From assembly GCF_009914755.1 (NCBI RefSeq), contig NC_060926.1: 64,000 nucleotides of DNA; one strand, written 5' to 3'. Shown here piece by piece: positions 27,460 through 40,661 of this stretch. The notes beneath the pieces are model-generated. The model was not told the DNA's origin and ran no database searches. It saw only the letters and a program-made list of their open reading frames with translations. Position numbers and translations under genes: made by a program. The stretch comes from the human T2T-CHM13v2.0 reference genome, Homo sapiens. How positions within the stretch are numbered: position 1 is the stretch's first letter; each line of letters begins with the position of its first letter.

Positions 27460-30400
27460 ACAGCAGAAAGTAAAACTGGGCTGAAGTCAGCTTATGCCTG
27501 CTCCCATAGGGAGCATTCAGAGAAGACCTAGCCAAAGGAGAACTCACCATCCTAGTGGCCAGAAGTTGCATTCCAGCAAGCCTCACCACTGCAAGCTGAA
27601 GTGTTCTGGGTTCCTAAATAAAACTTGCAAGGAAGTCTGGGCCACAAAGACTGCAAGTCCTAGTGCTGAGCTACGTACTGAGCCAGTGGACTTCGGGGGC
27701 ACATGACCTACTAAAACACCAGCCAGGGCAGCTAAGGAAGTGCTTGAACCACCCCTCTTGCAACCCCAGACAAAAAAGCTCATGACTCCATAATAGACCA
27801 CTTCCTTCCACTTCAGGAAAGGAGAGGGAAATGTAAGAGGATTTCTGTCTTTCATCTTGGATACCAGCTCAGCCACAGTAGGATAGGGCAGTGTTCTAAG
27901 TTGTAAGGCCTCTATTCCAGGTCTTAGCAGCCAAATGACATTTCTAGACACACTCTGGGCCAGAAGAAAACCTGCTGTCTTGAAAGGAAAGACCTAGTCC
28001 TGGTAGGATCCATCACCTGCTGACTAAAGAGCCCTTGGGCCCTGAATAACCAAGAACGATATGCACATAGTATGCCATGGGCCTTAGATGAGACTCTGAG
28101 ATGTGCTGGCTTCAGGCACCAGGTCGGCCACACACTGGAGTAGGGCACCAAACAGGTTCTTGAAGTCCCCAATTTTAGGCCTTGGTTCTTGGATGACATT
28201 TCTGGACTTTCCCTGGGCCAAAAGCGAGCCCATTGCCCCGAAGGGTGAGTCTCAGGCCTGGCAGCATTCACCAGAGCTGACCGAAGAGCTTTGGGGCCTT
28301 AAGTGAACATCAGCGAGAGTCTGGCAATACTCCCCATGGGCCTGTAGTGGTGGTGACCACAGGGTGAGTCTCCCCTTCCTGTGGAAAGGGGAGGGAAGAG
28401 TAGGAAGGACTATGTCTTATGGTTTGAAGGCCAACCAAACCATAGAATAGACCACCAGGTAAGCTTCTATGGTTTTTCACTCCAGTCCCTAGCTGCCAGA
28501 TGGGGGAACTGGATGCCTACTGCCCATGGCCTGAGGAAACTCGACACCCTGAAGGGAAGAACATAAGCCTGGCTGGCTTGCCACCTGCTGATTGTAGAGT
28601 CCTAGGGCCTGGAGCGAACATAGGTGGTAACAAGGTAATAGTTTCAGTGGGACTTGGGTGAGACTCAGGGCTATGCTGGTCTCAGGTCTGACTGAGCAGA
28701 GTCCCAGTGATGGTACCTACAGGGGTGCTTGTGTCACTCATCCCCAGCCCCAGGCAGCTCAACACAGAGGGAGAGACTCCATTTTCTTGGGAGACAGTAA
28801 GACAAAAAACAAGAGTCTCTGCCTGGCAACCCAGAGAATTCCCAGATTTTATCCACAGATCTAATCCACATCTTATCCAGATCTTGTCCACAACCACCAA
28901 GGCAGTACCTCTGCAAGTCTGAAAGAACAAGCACATTACTGCCCTTGGAGATCCTCCTGATGCAGATATGGCTTAGATTACAACAGTCATGTCCTTGTGA
29001 ATACCTGGAGAACCTTCCAAGAAGAATGAGTACAAACAAGCCCAAACTACAAAGACTAAAATCAATACTTAACTCTTCAATGCCCAGACAGTGATCCCAC
29101 CAAATAAACTAAATATCCCACCAAGGACCAATCCTGGAGAAATAAAGATATCTGATATTTCAGAGAGAGAATTCAAAATAGCTGTTTTGAGGAAACTCAA
29201 AGAAATTCAAGGCAACACAGAGAAGGAATTCAGAATTCTATCAGATAACTTAAACAAAGAGAGTAAGTTAATTAAAGAGAATCAAGCAGAAATTCTGAAG
29301 TTGAAAAATGCAATTGACATACTGAAGAATGCATCAGTCTCTTAATAGCAGAACTAATCAAGCAGAAAAAAGAATTAGTGAGCTTGAAGACACACTTTTT
29401 GAAAATATGGTCAGAGGAGACAAAAGGAAAAAGAATAAAAAACAATAAAGCATGCCTACAAGATCTAGAAAATAGCCTCAGAAGTGCAAATCTAAGAGTT
29501 ATTGGCCTTAATGAGGAGACAGAGAAAAAATTATGGGTAGAAAGTTTATTTAAACAAATAATAAGAGAACTTCCCACACCTAGAGAAAAATATCAATATC
29601 CAAGTACAAGAAGGTTACAGAACACTAACCAGATTTAACCCAAAGAAGACTACCTCAAGGCATTTGATAATCAAACTCCTAATGGTTAAGGATAAAGAAA
29701 TAATTCTAAAAGCAAGAGAAAAGAAACAAACAACAAACAATGGAGCACCCACATGTATGGCAATAAAATTTTAAGTGGAAACCTTACAGGCCAGGAGGGA
29801 GTGGCATGACATATTTAATGTGCTGGAAAAAAACCCCAACTTTTAGCCTAGAATAGTATATCTGGACAAAATATCCTTAAAGCATGAAGGAGAAATAGAA
29901 ATTTTGCCAGACAAACAAAAGCTGAAAAGTGTTATCAACACCAGACCTGTCCTACAAGAAATGGTAAAGGGAATACTTCAACTGGGAAGAAAAGCATATT
30001 AATGAACAATAAGACATCATCTGAAGGTACAAAACTAACTAGTGATGGTAAGTACAGAGAATAATACAAAATAGTATAACACTGTAACTCTGTTGTGTGA
30101 ACCACTCTTATTTTAAGTAGAAGGACTAAAAGATAAAGCAATCAAAAATAATAACTACAACAACTCTTCAAGACATAGGCAGTATAATAAGATATAAATA
30201 GAAATAACAAAATGTTAAAAAGCAGAGGGAGGAAGTTAAAGTGTAGAGTTTTTATTAGTTTTCTTTTTGTTTGTTTGTTTATGCAAGCAGTGTTCAGCTG
30301 TTATCAGCTAAAAATAATGGATGATAACAGGTTATCTGTAAACTTCATGGTAACCTCAAATTTTAAAAAAATGCAATGGATACACAAAAAATAAAAAGCA

Positions 30401-33126
30401 AGAAACTAAGTCCTCTAATCAGAGAAAGTCACGTTCACTAAAAGAAAGACAGGAAAGAAGGAAAGAAGAAAAAGAAGACCACAAAACAACCAGAAAACAA
30501 ATAATAAAATAGCAGGAGTAAGTCCTTACTGACAATAACATTGAATATAAAAGGACTAAACTCTCCAATCAAAAGACAGAGTGGCTGCATGATGAAAAAC
30601 AGGAACCAATGATCTCTTGCCTGCAAGAAACACTCTTCACCTATAAAGACACACACAGACTGAAAATAAAGTGATGGAAAAAGATATTCCATGCCAATGG
30701 AAACAAAAAAAGAGCAAGAGTTGCTATATTTATATCAGACAAAATAGATTTCAAGACAAAAACTATAAGAGAAGACAAAGCAGGTCATTATATAATGATA
30801 AAGGGGTCAATTCAGCAAGAGAATATAACAATCATAAATATATATGTACTCAACATTGGAGCATCCGGATATATAAAGCAAATATTATTAGAGCTAAATA
30901 AAGAGACTCCAATAATACAATAATAATTGGAGATTTCAACACCCCCACTTTCAGCATTGGACAGATCTTCCAGACAGAAAATCAACAAAGAAATATTGGA
31001 GTGAATCTGCTCTATACACCAAATGGACCTAATAGATATTTACAAAACATTTAATCCAATGGTTGCAGAATACAAATTCCTTTCCTCAGCATACAAATTA
31101 TTCCTAAGGATAGATCATATGTTATGGCACAAAACAAGTCTTAAAATACTCAAAAATTGAAATAATATCAAGCATCTTCTTTGACCATAATGGAATAAAA
31201 CTAGACATGAATAATGAGAGAAATTTTTGAAATTATACAAACACATGGAAATTAACCAATATGCTACTGAATGACCAGTGGGTCGATGAAGACATTTTTT
31301 AAAAATTGAAAAGTTTCTTGAAAAAAATGATAATGGGAGAACAACATACCAAAACCTATGGAATGCAATGAAAGCAGTACTAAGAAGAAATTTTACAGCT
31401 ATAAGTCCCTACATAAAAAAGAGGCAAAACTTCAAGAAAATAACCTAATGATGCATTTTAAAGAAATAGAAAAGCAAGAGCAAACCAAACCCAAAATTAG
31501 TAGATGAAAGAAAATAAAAAATCTGAGTAGAGATAAATGAAATTGAAACAAGAAAACAAAAGATCAACAGAACAAAAAGTTGGGTTTTTTTGAAACAATA
31601 AACAAAATTGAAAAACCATTAGCCAGACTAACTAATAAAAAAGAGAGGAGACCCAAATTAAAAAAAAAAAATTAGAGATGAAAAAGGGGACATTACAACT
31701 TGTACTACTGACATTCAAGAGATCACTAGTGGCTACTAGGAGTAACAATATGCCAAAAAATTGGAAAACCTAGGAGAAATGAATAAATTCCTAGACACAT
31801 ACAACCTACCGAGATTGAACCATGAAGAAATCCAAAACCTGAACAAACAAGTAATAAGTAATGAGATCGATCATAATAAAAAGACTTCTAGCAAAGAAAA
31901 GCCCAGGATCTGACGGCTTCACTGCTGAACTCTACCAAATATTTAAAGAACTAATACCAATCCTATTCAAACTATTCCAAAAACTGCAGGAGGAGGGAAT
32001 AGTTTCAAATTCATTCTATGAGGCTAGTATTACACTGATGCCAAAAGCAGACAGACACATCGAAAAAGAAAGCTACAGGCCAATATCGCTGATGAACACT
32101 GATGCAAAAATTTTTAACAAAATACCATCAAGCCAAATTCAACAACATATTGGAAAGATAATTCATCATAACCAAGTGGGATGTATCTTAAGGACGCAAG
32201 AATGGTTCAACATATGCAAATCAACTAATGTGATACATCATATCAACAGAATAAAGGACCAAAATTATATAATCATTTCAATTGAAGCTAAAAAAGTGTT
32301 TGATAAAATTCAAAATCCTTTCACGAATACCCTGAAAAACTAAGTGTAGAAGGAACACACATCAACATTATAAAAGGCATATATGACAGAGCTACAGCTA
32401 GCATCATACTGAAGGGAGAAAAACTGAAAGCCTTTTTCTCTAAGATTTGAAACGTGACAAAGATGCCCACCCTCACCATTGTTATTCAGGATACTGGATA
32501 AAAGTGGATATCTGAATAGAGGAATCAGACAGGAAAAATAAATAAAAAGCTCCAAATTGGAAAGGAAGACGTCAAGTTATTCTTATTTGCAGATACAATC
32601 TCATACCTAGAAAAACCTAAAGACTCCACCAAAATAAAACTATTGGAACGAATAAACACGTTCAGTAAAGTTGCAGGATACAAAATCAAGATATAGAAAT
32701 CATTAGCATTTCTATATGCCATCAGCAAACAATCTGAAGAAGAAATTAAGAAAGTAATCACATTTACAATAGCTACAAATGAAATAAAATACCTTGGGAT
32801 TAACCAAAGAAGTGAACAATCTCTATAATGAAAACTATAAAACACTGATGGAAGAAATTGAAGAGGACACCAAAATTGAAAAGATACTCCATGTTCATGA
32901 ACCAGATATTCAATATTGTTAAAATGTCTAGACTACAATACCTAAAGCAACCTACAGATTCAATGCAATCCTTATCAAAATACCAACGATATTTTTCACA
33001 GAAATGGAAGAAACAATCTTAAAATTTATATGGAACCATAAAAGACCCAGAATAGCCATAGCTAACCTAAGCAAAAACAACAAAACTGAAGGAATCACAT
33101 TACCTGACTTCAACTTACACTACCAA

Positions 33127-33428
33127 GGCCAGGCAGAGTCGTTCACACCTGTAATCCCAGCACTTGGGGGCTGAGGTGGGAGGATTGCTTGAGTCCAGGA
33201 GTTTGAGACCAGCTTAGGCAACATAGTGAAACCCTATTTCTACAAAAAATAGAAAAAAATTGGCCAGGCCTGGTGGTGTGTGCTTGTAGTTCCAGATACT
33301 CAGGAGGCTGAAGTGGGAGAACGCTTGTGCCTAGCAAGTCAAGGCTGCAGTGAGCCACGATCATGCCACTGTACTCAGCCTGAGAAAACAGAGTGAGACC
33401 ATGTCTTCAAAAAAGAAAACAAAAACAA
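33127..33428 (+). mobile_element. AluJ inserted in L1MA ORF2
   Basis: GGGAGGATTGCTTGAGTCCAGGAGTTTGAG and GTCAAGGCTGCAGTGAG are J-type. Degenerate TSD AACTTACACTAC and AAATTATATTAC. Confidence 0.92.
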
Positions 33429-36400
33429 ATTATATTACAGAGCTCTAGTAACCAAAACAGCATGGTACTCACATAAAAACAAACATGTAGACCAGTGGAA
33501 CAAATTAGAGAACCCAGAAATAAATCCACACATCTATAGTAAACTCATTTTTGACAAAGGTACCAAGAACATACTTTGGGAAAACGACAGTCCCTTTTAT
33601 AAATGGTTCTGGGATAGCTAGATATCCATATCTACAAGAATTAAACTAGACCCTATCTCTTACCATATTAAAAAATCAAATTTTACAGTGGATTAAATAC
33701 TTAAATCGAAGACATCAAAGTATGAAACTATTAAAATAAAACATTGGGGACACGTTTTGAGACACTGGAGTGGGCAGAGATTTATTGAGTAATACTCTGC
33801 AAGCACAGGTAACCAGAGCAAAAAAGGACACATGGGATCACATGAAGTTAAAAAGCTTTTGCACAGCAAAGGGAACAATCAATAAAGTGAAGAGACAACC
33901 CACAGAATGGGAGAAAATATTTGCAAACTATCCATCTGACAAGGGATTAATAACCAGAAGGAACTCAAACAACTCTATAGGAAAAAATCTAATAATCTGT
34001 TCAAAAAATGGGCAATAGATCTGAACAGACATTTCTCAAAAGAAGACATGCAAATGGTAAACAGTTACATGAAAAGGTGCTCAACATCATTGATCAACAG
34101 AGAAATGCAAATTAAAACTACAAGGAGATATCATCTCACCCCAGTTAAAATGGTTTATATCCCAAAGACAGACAATAACAAATGCTGGCGAGGATGTGGA
34201 GAAAAGGGACCTCTCATACGCTGTTGGTGGGAATGTAAATTAGTACAACCACTATGGAGAACAGTTTGGAGGTTCCTCAAAAAACTAAAAATGGGGTGCC
34301 ATATGATCTAGTCATCCCACTCCTAGATATATATCCCCAAAAAGGAAATCAGTATATCAAAGAGATACCTGCACTCCTATGTTTATTGCAGCACTATTCA
34401 CAATAGTCAAGATTTGGAAGCAACCTAAATGTCCATCCACAGATGAATGGATAAAGAAAATCTGGTACATATTCAGCCATAAAAAATGAGATCCTGTCAT
34501 TTGCAACAACATGGATGGAACTGGAGGTCATTATGTTAAGTGAAATTAACCAGGCACAGAAAGACATACTTTGCATGTTCTCACTTATTAGTGGGAGCTC
34601 AAAATTAAAACAATTGAACTCAAGGAGTTAGAGAGTAGAAGAATTGTCACCAGAGTCTGGGAAGGGTTGTGGGGGGGGAAAGTAGGTATGGTCAATGGGT
34701 ACAAAAAAATAGATAGAATGAATAAAACCTAACATTTGCTAGCACAACAAGATGCCTATCGTCAATAATAATTTAATTGTACATTTTAAAGTAACTAAAA
34801 GAGTATAATTAGATTGTTTGTAACTCAAAGCATAAATGCTTGATGTGATTGATACCCCATTTACCCTGACGAGATTATTATGCATTGCATACCTGTATTG
34901 AAATATCTCATGTAACCATAAACATATACACCTACTATGTACCCCCAAAAATAAATATAAAAAATTAACTAAAAAAGAGCACTGAACTTTATAATTTATG
35001 GTTTTAATGAAAAGGAAAATTGAAAAATATATATAGCAGTTATAGAGAATCTGGGAGAAAAAAGGAGCTATGTTAAACATTCGGTCCTTAGTACCATATT
35101 ATGTCAACAATGATCTCTACAGATAGAAGATGATAACCACAATCAAATGGGGATCTCCACAGATGGAAAGTGAGACAATTTTGTGTGCCAGCTGAACAAG
35201 ACGTCCGGAAATGACAATAACAATAATGAGAAGAGAAAAGATATCAAAAGATATCCAAACTCCAAAAGGTTCAATGACTGACATTTTGAGTGTTTAATCT
35301 TGCATTTTAAAATAAGAAACCACCCACGTAAAACAGCACATAGCAAAAAAGTTATTATTTCTCTATACTTCTCAAATATATGCTATTCTTCAGCTATAGT
35401 AAACAGTTTTTAGCTTATATAAACTTTCGTATCTTTTTCTATGCAGTTATTTACAAATGTAAATATTTAACATTTATATTATTTAGCATAAAACAAATAT
35501 ATTTCTTTTATTTAAAATAAAAATATTTGACATTAACATATATTATAAATAATAAAGTGGTTGCTATTGGTTTTACACAAATGGGAATATATCATGTAGA
35601 TATTTCTATACCTTCCTTTTTTCATTTTGTATGTTACATGATTCTCAGGTCTTGCAGATAGATTTTTCCATTCAGTAATATGTAGGTAGACTTCATTTTT
35701 TAATTGTTCCACAAAATTCCTTAGGTGTATACCATAATTAGTTTAAACTATTTCTTTTCTTTTAGACAGAATGTTTTACTATTTTCCTGTTATGAATTAT
35801 ATACAGTCTTGTGACCATGTCTTCTGTAATTTTACAATTCCTCCTGTTGTATCCCTGCTCAGTTGTCACTTTCAAATACCTATTTTTCATAGACAGTTCA
35901 CTTTATCATTATTCTTAAGCACTATACCTAATAGAGCTCGTATGTCTTTAAAGAAATGGATATTCATAATCCTTACTTATTTTAAAGTTGAATTTTGGAA
36001 ATGAAAAACTGTTTGACAAATATTGAATAATCTGTTTGAACACAGATTTGAGTATTGTTAGGCAAAAAACCAGGATTATCCAAATATACAATCTTCTGCC
36101 TCAGAAAATGGTGTGCTACTTGTCACTGGAAATATTTAAATATGGAACAGACAACATTTTTTTTACAGAGCCATTTCAGATGAGATTAAAGTACTGAATA
36201 AGTGGTAAATCTAGATTATTTTTAGGGATTTCCCAACCTTCAGGTACTTCAAAAAGAAAAAGTTGGGGCTATTTGCAGTGCATGACTATTTGTATTTTCT
36301 TTTAAATTCATTCATATATGACAAAATAACAGTGAGCTGAAAAACATGGTCAGTAATCTTTGGTCAAACATGCTATAAAAACAAAACTTAAAAAAATACA

Positions 36401-37924
36401 GAAAATCTAGTCAAACATCTTCATGCTCATGCTTACTGAAGAGTAGAAAGTTCTCAGAAGACTGACTTTCCTATGATTTCTTATAAACCAGAATTAGATA
36501 TCAATAGTGCTCCCATAACCATTGCTCCAACGTAACTAATTATATATCATTGCTAGAAATGCAGCTGTGGGATTATTTGGTGTGATTTTTTCTTATCTGC
36601 CCTTAGCAAATAATCCTTTCAGTTTTAAATCCTTCTCAGAGTAGGAATCCGTTGCTATCAGTTGCTACTGTGTAAGTAATTATTTCTTCTTAATTGTTGT
36701 GAAGTAAGTGTACTGGTTGGGTGACGCAGGCTAAGCCTCCCACCTTTCTTCATAGCATTGAGACAGGATTTACAGGTATACTTATGACTTGATTTTATTC
36801 AAAGGGATAACAGATAAGTGGGTGTTCTGCGTGCTAGTAAACAACATGGTCAACTCGGGAGAAAACCTATTTTATCTCTCTTATTTTTCTCTAAAAGGTA
36901 TTGTTAAACTAGGAACAGTGCTCTCTTCAAGAATCTCCTTTGGATATTAACTCTGCAAATTGTCCACACAAAATTACATAAACCCTACATCCTCTTATAG
37001 GGCATCATTACATTTTGGCCTCTGATGATAATCATCATGATTTGAAATGGCCAGTGGCAACTACATCTTTGACATTTGTTACACTATCTTTAGTGGTCTT
37101 TTTGCCATAGCCATAAGGGATGCTGCTTTGTAACAGCAGTAATATTAATTGCTACCATTATCTTGCTTCTCATGTTAAATTTTCGGTTAAATCATTGCTA
37201 TAAGTCTAAATGAGCAGTCAGGGATAAAAAGGACAAAGGAGTAGGAGGAAAATACATGACTAGACTGAGCCCTGCTGCATACTGAGAGGTAATTTACACA
37301 AATAGGCAGACGAAAACAGATGGGAAGAGGGAGAGAGCGAGAGCGTTGACTAATGACACCTGACTGCCAAATGACCCTGTGGGTTTGAACGCTGGCAGGA
37401 CACCTAAAACTGTGCCAGCAGCCAGTTGGAACTGCCCAGTTCTCACTCACATTTCATTTAACAGGCTAACCTTGGTCTTTCTATTGTTACCATCACCAGG
37501 GAAATTTATACTATGTCTAATTATGGTCCAGAAAATATACATTCTAACTGGTTTTTCTTCTTTGAGAAGCTATGTGCTCCTGAACTGCTCAGGAGTTTAT
37601 TGTTACAGTCACCTTTGTTTCCAACGGGGAAAATTTGATGTATTTGTTCTTTTAAGAGCTTCTTTTGTAAAATTATAGTATGTGGCACCTTTTGTGGCTT
37701 AATAAAAGATGTGGAGAAAAAATGAAATTTATTCTAAGAACATAACTATATTGTTAAATACTTTGCTGTTGGTAAAATATGTTTGATCCTGATAGGTAAG
37801 GCGTTCCTGGAACTATATCTAATGGACTCCTACCTGTCTCTTATTCTCATTCTCACTTTTAACTTTTAATCTCTTTTCAACTACCAACATTAATGTTTAC
37901 GGATGTATATTAAAATATACTCTG

Positions 37925-38050
37925 GGCTTGGAATCAAGAGTCTTAGGTACCAGCATTAGGTATATTACCAAGTAGCTAACTGAACTAAAAACAATAATTT
38001 GGCATTCCTGTGCTTCAGTCTTTCCATCTCCGAAATGGGAATAATGTATT
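37925..38050 (+). mobile_element. MIR relic
   Basis: GGCTTGGAATCAAGAGTC...TGTGCTTCAGTCTTTCCATCTCCGAAATGGGAATAAT. Confidence 0.6.
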
Positions 38051-38090
38051 CTCTCTAGTGCTGCTGGGAAAAACATAATGAGAAAAAAAA

Positions 38091-38133
38091 AGAGAGAGAG
38101 AGAGTGTATGTGTGTGTGTGTGTGTGTGTGTGT
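38091..38133. repeat. (AG)n(TG)n compound microsatellite
   Basis: Read directly from the sequence. Confidence 0.95.
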
Positions 38134-38171
38134 CCATGCACATGTGTTGTGTATAGAAAGTGTAAAATCTG

Positions 38172-38261
38172 GTCTATGGCCATACCACCCCGAATGCACC
38201 CGATCTCGTCTGATCTCGGAAACTAAGCAGGGTCAGGCCTGGTTAGTACTTGGATGGGAGA
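38172..38261 (+). pseudogene. 3'-truncated (tailless) 5S rRNA retropseudogene, nt 1-90
   Basis: 84/90 identity to human 5S rRNA as I recall it (C6T, T20C, C24T, G27A, G51A, G64A). No poly-A. TSD AAGTGTAAAATCTG at 38158-38171 and 38261-38274. Confidence 0.96.
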
Positions 38262-40661
38262 AGTGTAAAATCTGGATTACTAAAATCATATGTGTCTGTC
38301 TAGAGTTTATTTACAGTAAAAGTTCAGAAGTACTAGCCGATTAAAAACTAATTTTAAAAAACATTGAAATATTTCTATAATAGCTAAGAAGCCTTAGATT
38401 GTTGATAGTAATTATGATATTGTGTGCATTTATAAACAGCATTTATGGATATTAACAGGCCTACACATGTTCTTGAAGATACATTTCCCTGTTTTTTTAA
38501 ATTTAAAGAACACCAAGAGTATACTGGAAAAGCGAATGGGAACACAGACTGAGGTCTAGGCCATATTTAATATTTCTAAGCTATATAATGTTAAACAATC
38601 ATCTCTATTGTCATTTGAGAAGTGATTCTCTTCCTGTATTCTCTTCCTGCCCTAGCCCTTTGGAGAAGAGATTAAAATGACACCAAAAGAAAATGAGTTA
38701 CATTCGATAATTAAAAATTTTTCAGCTGAAAGGAAATTCTTAGGAATCAATCAGTTTAACCCAGAAATGAAATTACACACCTTCCACACCTCATTTGTTT
38801 ACCATGTCTGAATCTAAAATGAACTGCAAGTGTAGTGTAATCTATTTTGTCAGAACAAATAAATAGAAGTCATTGGGTATGGAAATCAACAAACCCTAAA
38901 CTTGAAAGATGGGTCTTCCTGACTCAAACTGTGGACATTACTCCGGCTTCCCATTGGGGAAGAGGCAGGTCTTCAGACATTACAAACATGACTTGAAAGG
39001 CAAACACTTGGAAAAGTCCCACTCTCCAGGCCCTGGAGTCCAGAGATGCCTGAGCGAATGATTGGGCAGTGTGGGAAAATAGGAAATATCAAGGACAGCC
39101 AGAGAGAATATCCCAAAGAAAAGGGAGAAATATATAGAACCAAAGAAGATGGAGGGAGGTTCTTGAAATTAAGAAAGAAGCAGGGGAGTGGGAAACCAAA
39201 GAGAAGCAAGTCATCGAAGAATGGGAGTCAGAAATAAAGAAAACAACTAAATAGCTGAGGAATATGTCCTCACATTATGAATTTGGCCTGCATCTCACTC
39301 TGAATTCTTAGGACTCACAGGTTTCTGGATAGCCTATTAACTTTAACTGGAGCTCTTTGGCTCACATTGCAACATAACGTCCATCACCCTCTCTCTCTCC
39401 AAATCTTAAATCTTTCTCCCAACCTAGTAAGGTAGAGCAGGAAAAAACAAAACAAAACAAAACAAAAAAAAACCACCTCTGTAAAGACAGTTTTAATATT
39501 AAAGACAAAAGCTTTTCTTTATTCCTTGGTTGCAGCAATGCTAAATTCTAAAGAGAGAATACTGCAAAATATTCAAACAAAGTAAGAGTAAAACAATTTT
39601 TTTATTTTTAAAATTACCCTGAAAATTAGTGTAAAATTAAAATTTTAAAAAATCAATTTTCCCAATGGCTTGTATCCATCCGTGTTTACTAAGAGCATTC
39701 TCAAAAACTTCACCATTTTCTCAAGTATCCCAATGGTAAAGATATTATGCATTTTTCCATCTACTACAATAGCTTATAATGATGTTTATAAACAGAAAAA
39801 ATGAATAAAATATGCAATTGCTGTAAGGTCTGGCTCAATTTGTTTGGAAATTTCTATAATTATTTGACATTTCTCAAAATAGTAAAAAAGCTTTCCTTTT
39901 AAAATAAATTTGTGAGGAAAATATCTTAAAATCATTTAGTTTGGCAATGAGAGAGGTAGGAATATAAGAGAATTTGGAAAGTATTTCTCAGAGTTATAAC
40001 ATGTTAAGTCATTCGTTCTCTTAACTCAGGCCCTTCATTTTTGAAACACTTTTCTTCAAAAGGAAAGCTTTAGGTTTCTAGGTACTTTTATGTTACCACA
40101 CTTCTATTCAGGAAAACAAGAGAAGGTGGTTGAAGAAACTGTATTTCCCTTAAGTACATTCCTGTGATATTAAGATAAATACAGCTTCCAAATATAAAGT
40201 CCAACTCAACATTAAAAATATTTTAGTAAGTTTTAAAACTTATGCCTGTATCACACAAAATACAGGCTGAATTGAGTTAAAGGGCTTAATAAAAATTCAT
40301 CAAAGCAGAAAAATCAAGATTGAAGTTTATTTCTTATTTTATCAATGTGTAGTTGTAATACAAAAGAAACTTCCGTATAAATTTCTCTCATTTTCCTTTT
40401 CTCCAATCATTTTCAAAAACCCTTTAAGACATTTTTTAAATGTGAAATTTTATATGTGCACCTGCATTAGAAAATAACCATCATGTTCAAAATATTGTTT
40501 CAGAAATGGAAATGACAATAATTTGAGGCCAACAGATATCAATTAAGGCAGACTCAGAAACATCCAATAATAGGTGTCCATACAGGGTTATTGCTTATTG
40601 TTTACTTTAACAAAAATAATTATAGGATTTGTAGTCCTTTAGTATTCTTTGAAACATAATC

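Larger units (their letters stand above)
25603..34976 (+). mobile_element. Full-length degenerate L1 (L1MA2/L1MA3-like), interrupted by LTR12C and AluJ
   Basis: 5' end GGGGTAGAGCAAGATGG, ORF1 remnant 29091-29345 (EREFKIAVLRKLKEIQ), ORF2 remnants 31861-32343 ([11 protein letters not shown]...YRPISLMN) and 33770-34311, and an L1MA-type 3'UTR ending CACCTACTATGTACCCCCAAAAAT. Confidence 0.92.

Noticed and set aside
26748-27484. Overlapping 74-215 aa ORFs on both strands
   Set aside because: They lie in the GC-rich LTR12C U3, where stop codons are scarce, and show no recognisable domain.
31861-32343. 160-aa RT-like ORF as a novel reverse transcriptase system
   Set aside because: Ordinary dead L1 ORF2 fragment, flanked by stops and frameshifts.
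35131-35177. Possible micro-exon CTACAG/ATAGAAGAT...GGAAA/GTGAGA (IEDDNHNQMGISTDG)
   Set aside because: Weak polypyrimidine tract, no recognisable protein and no partner exons. RNA-seq support would be needed.
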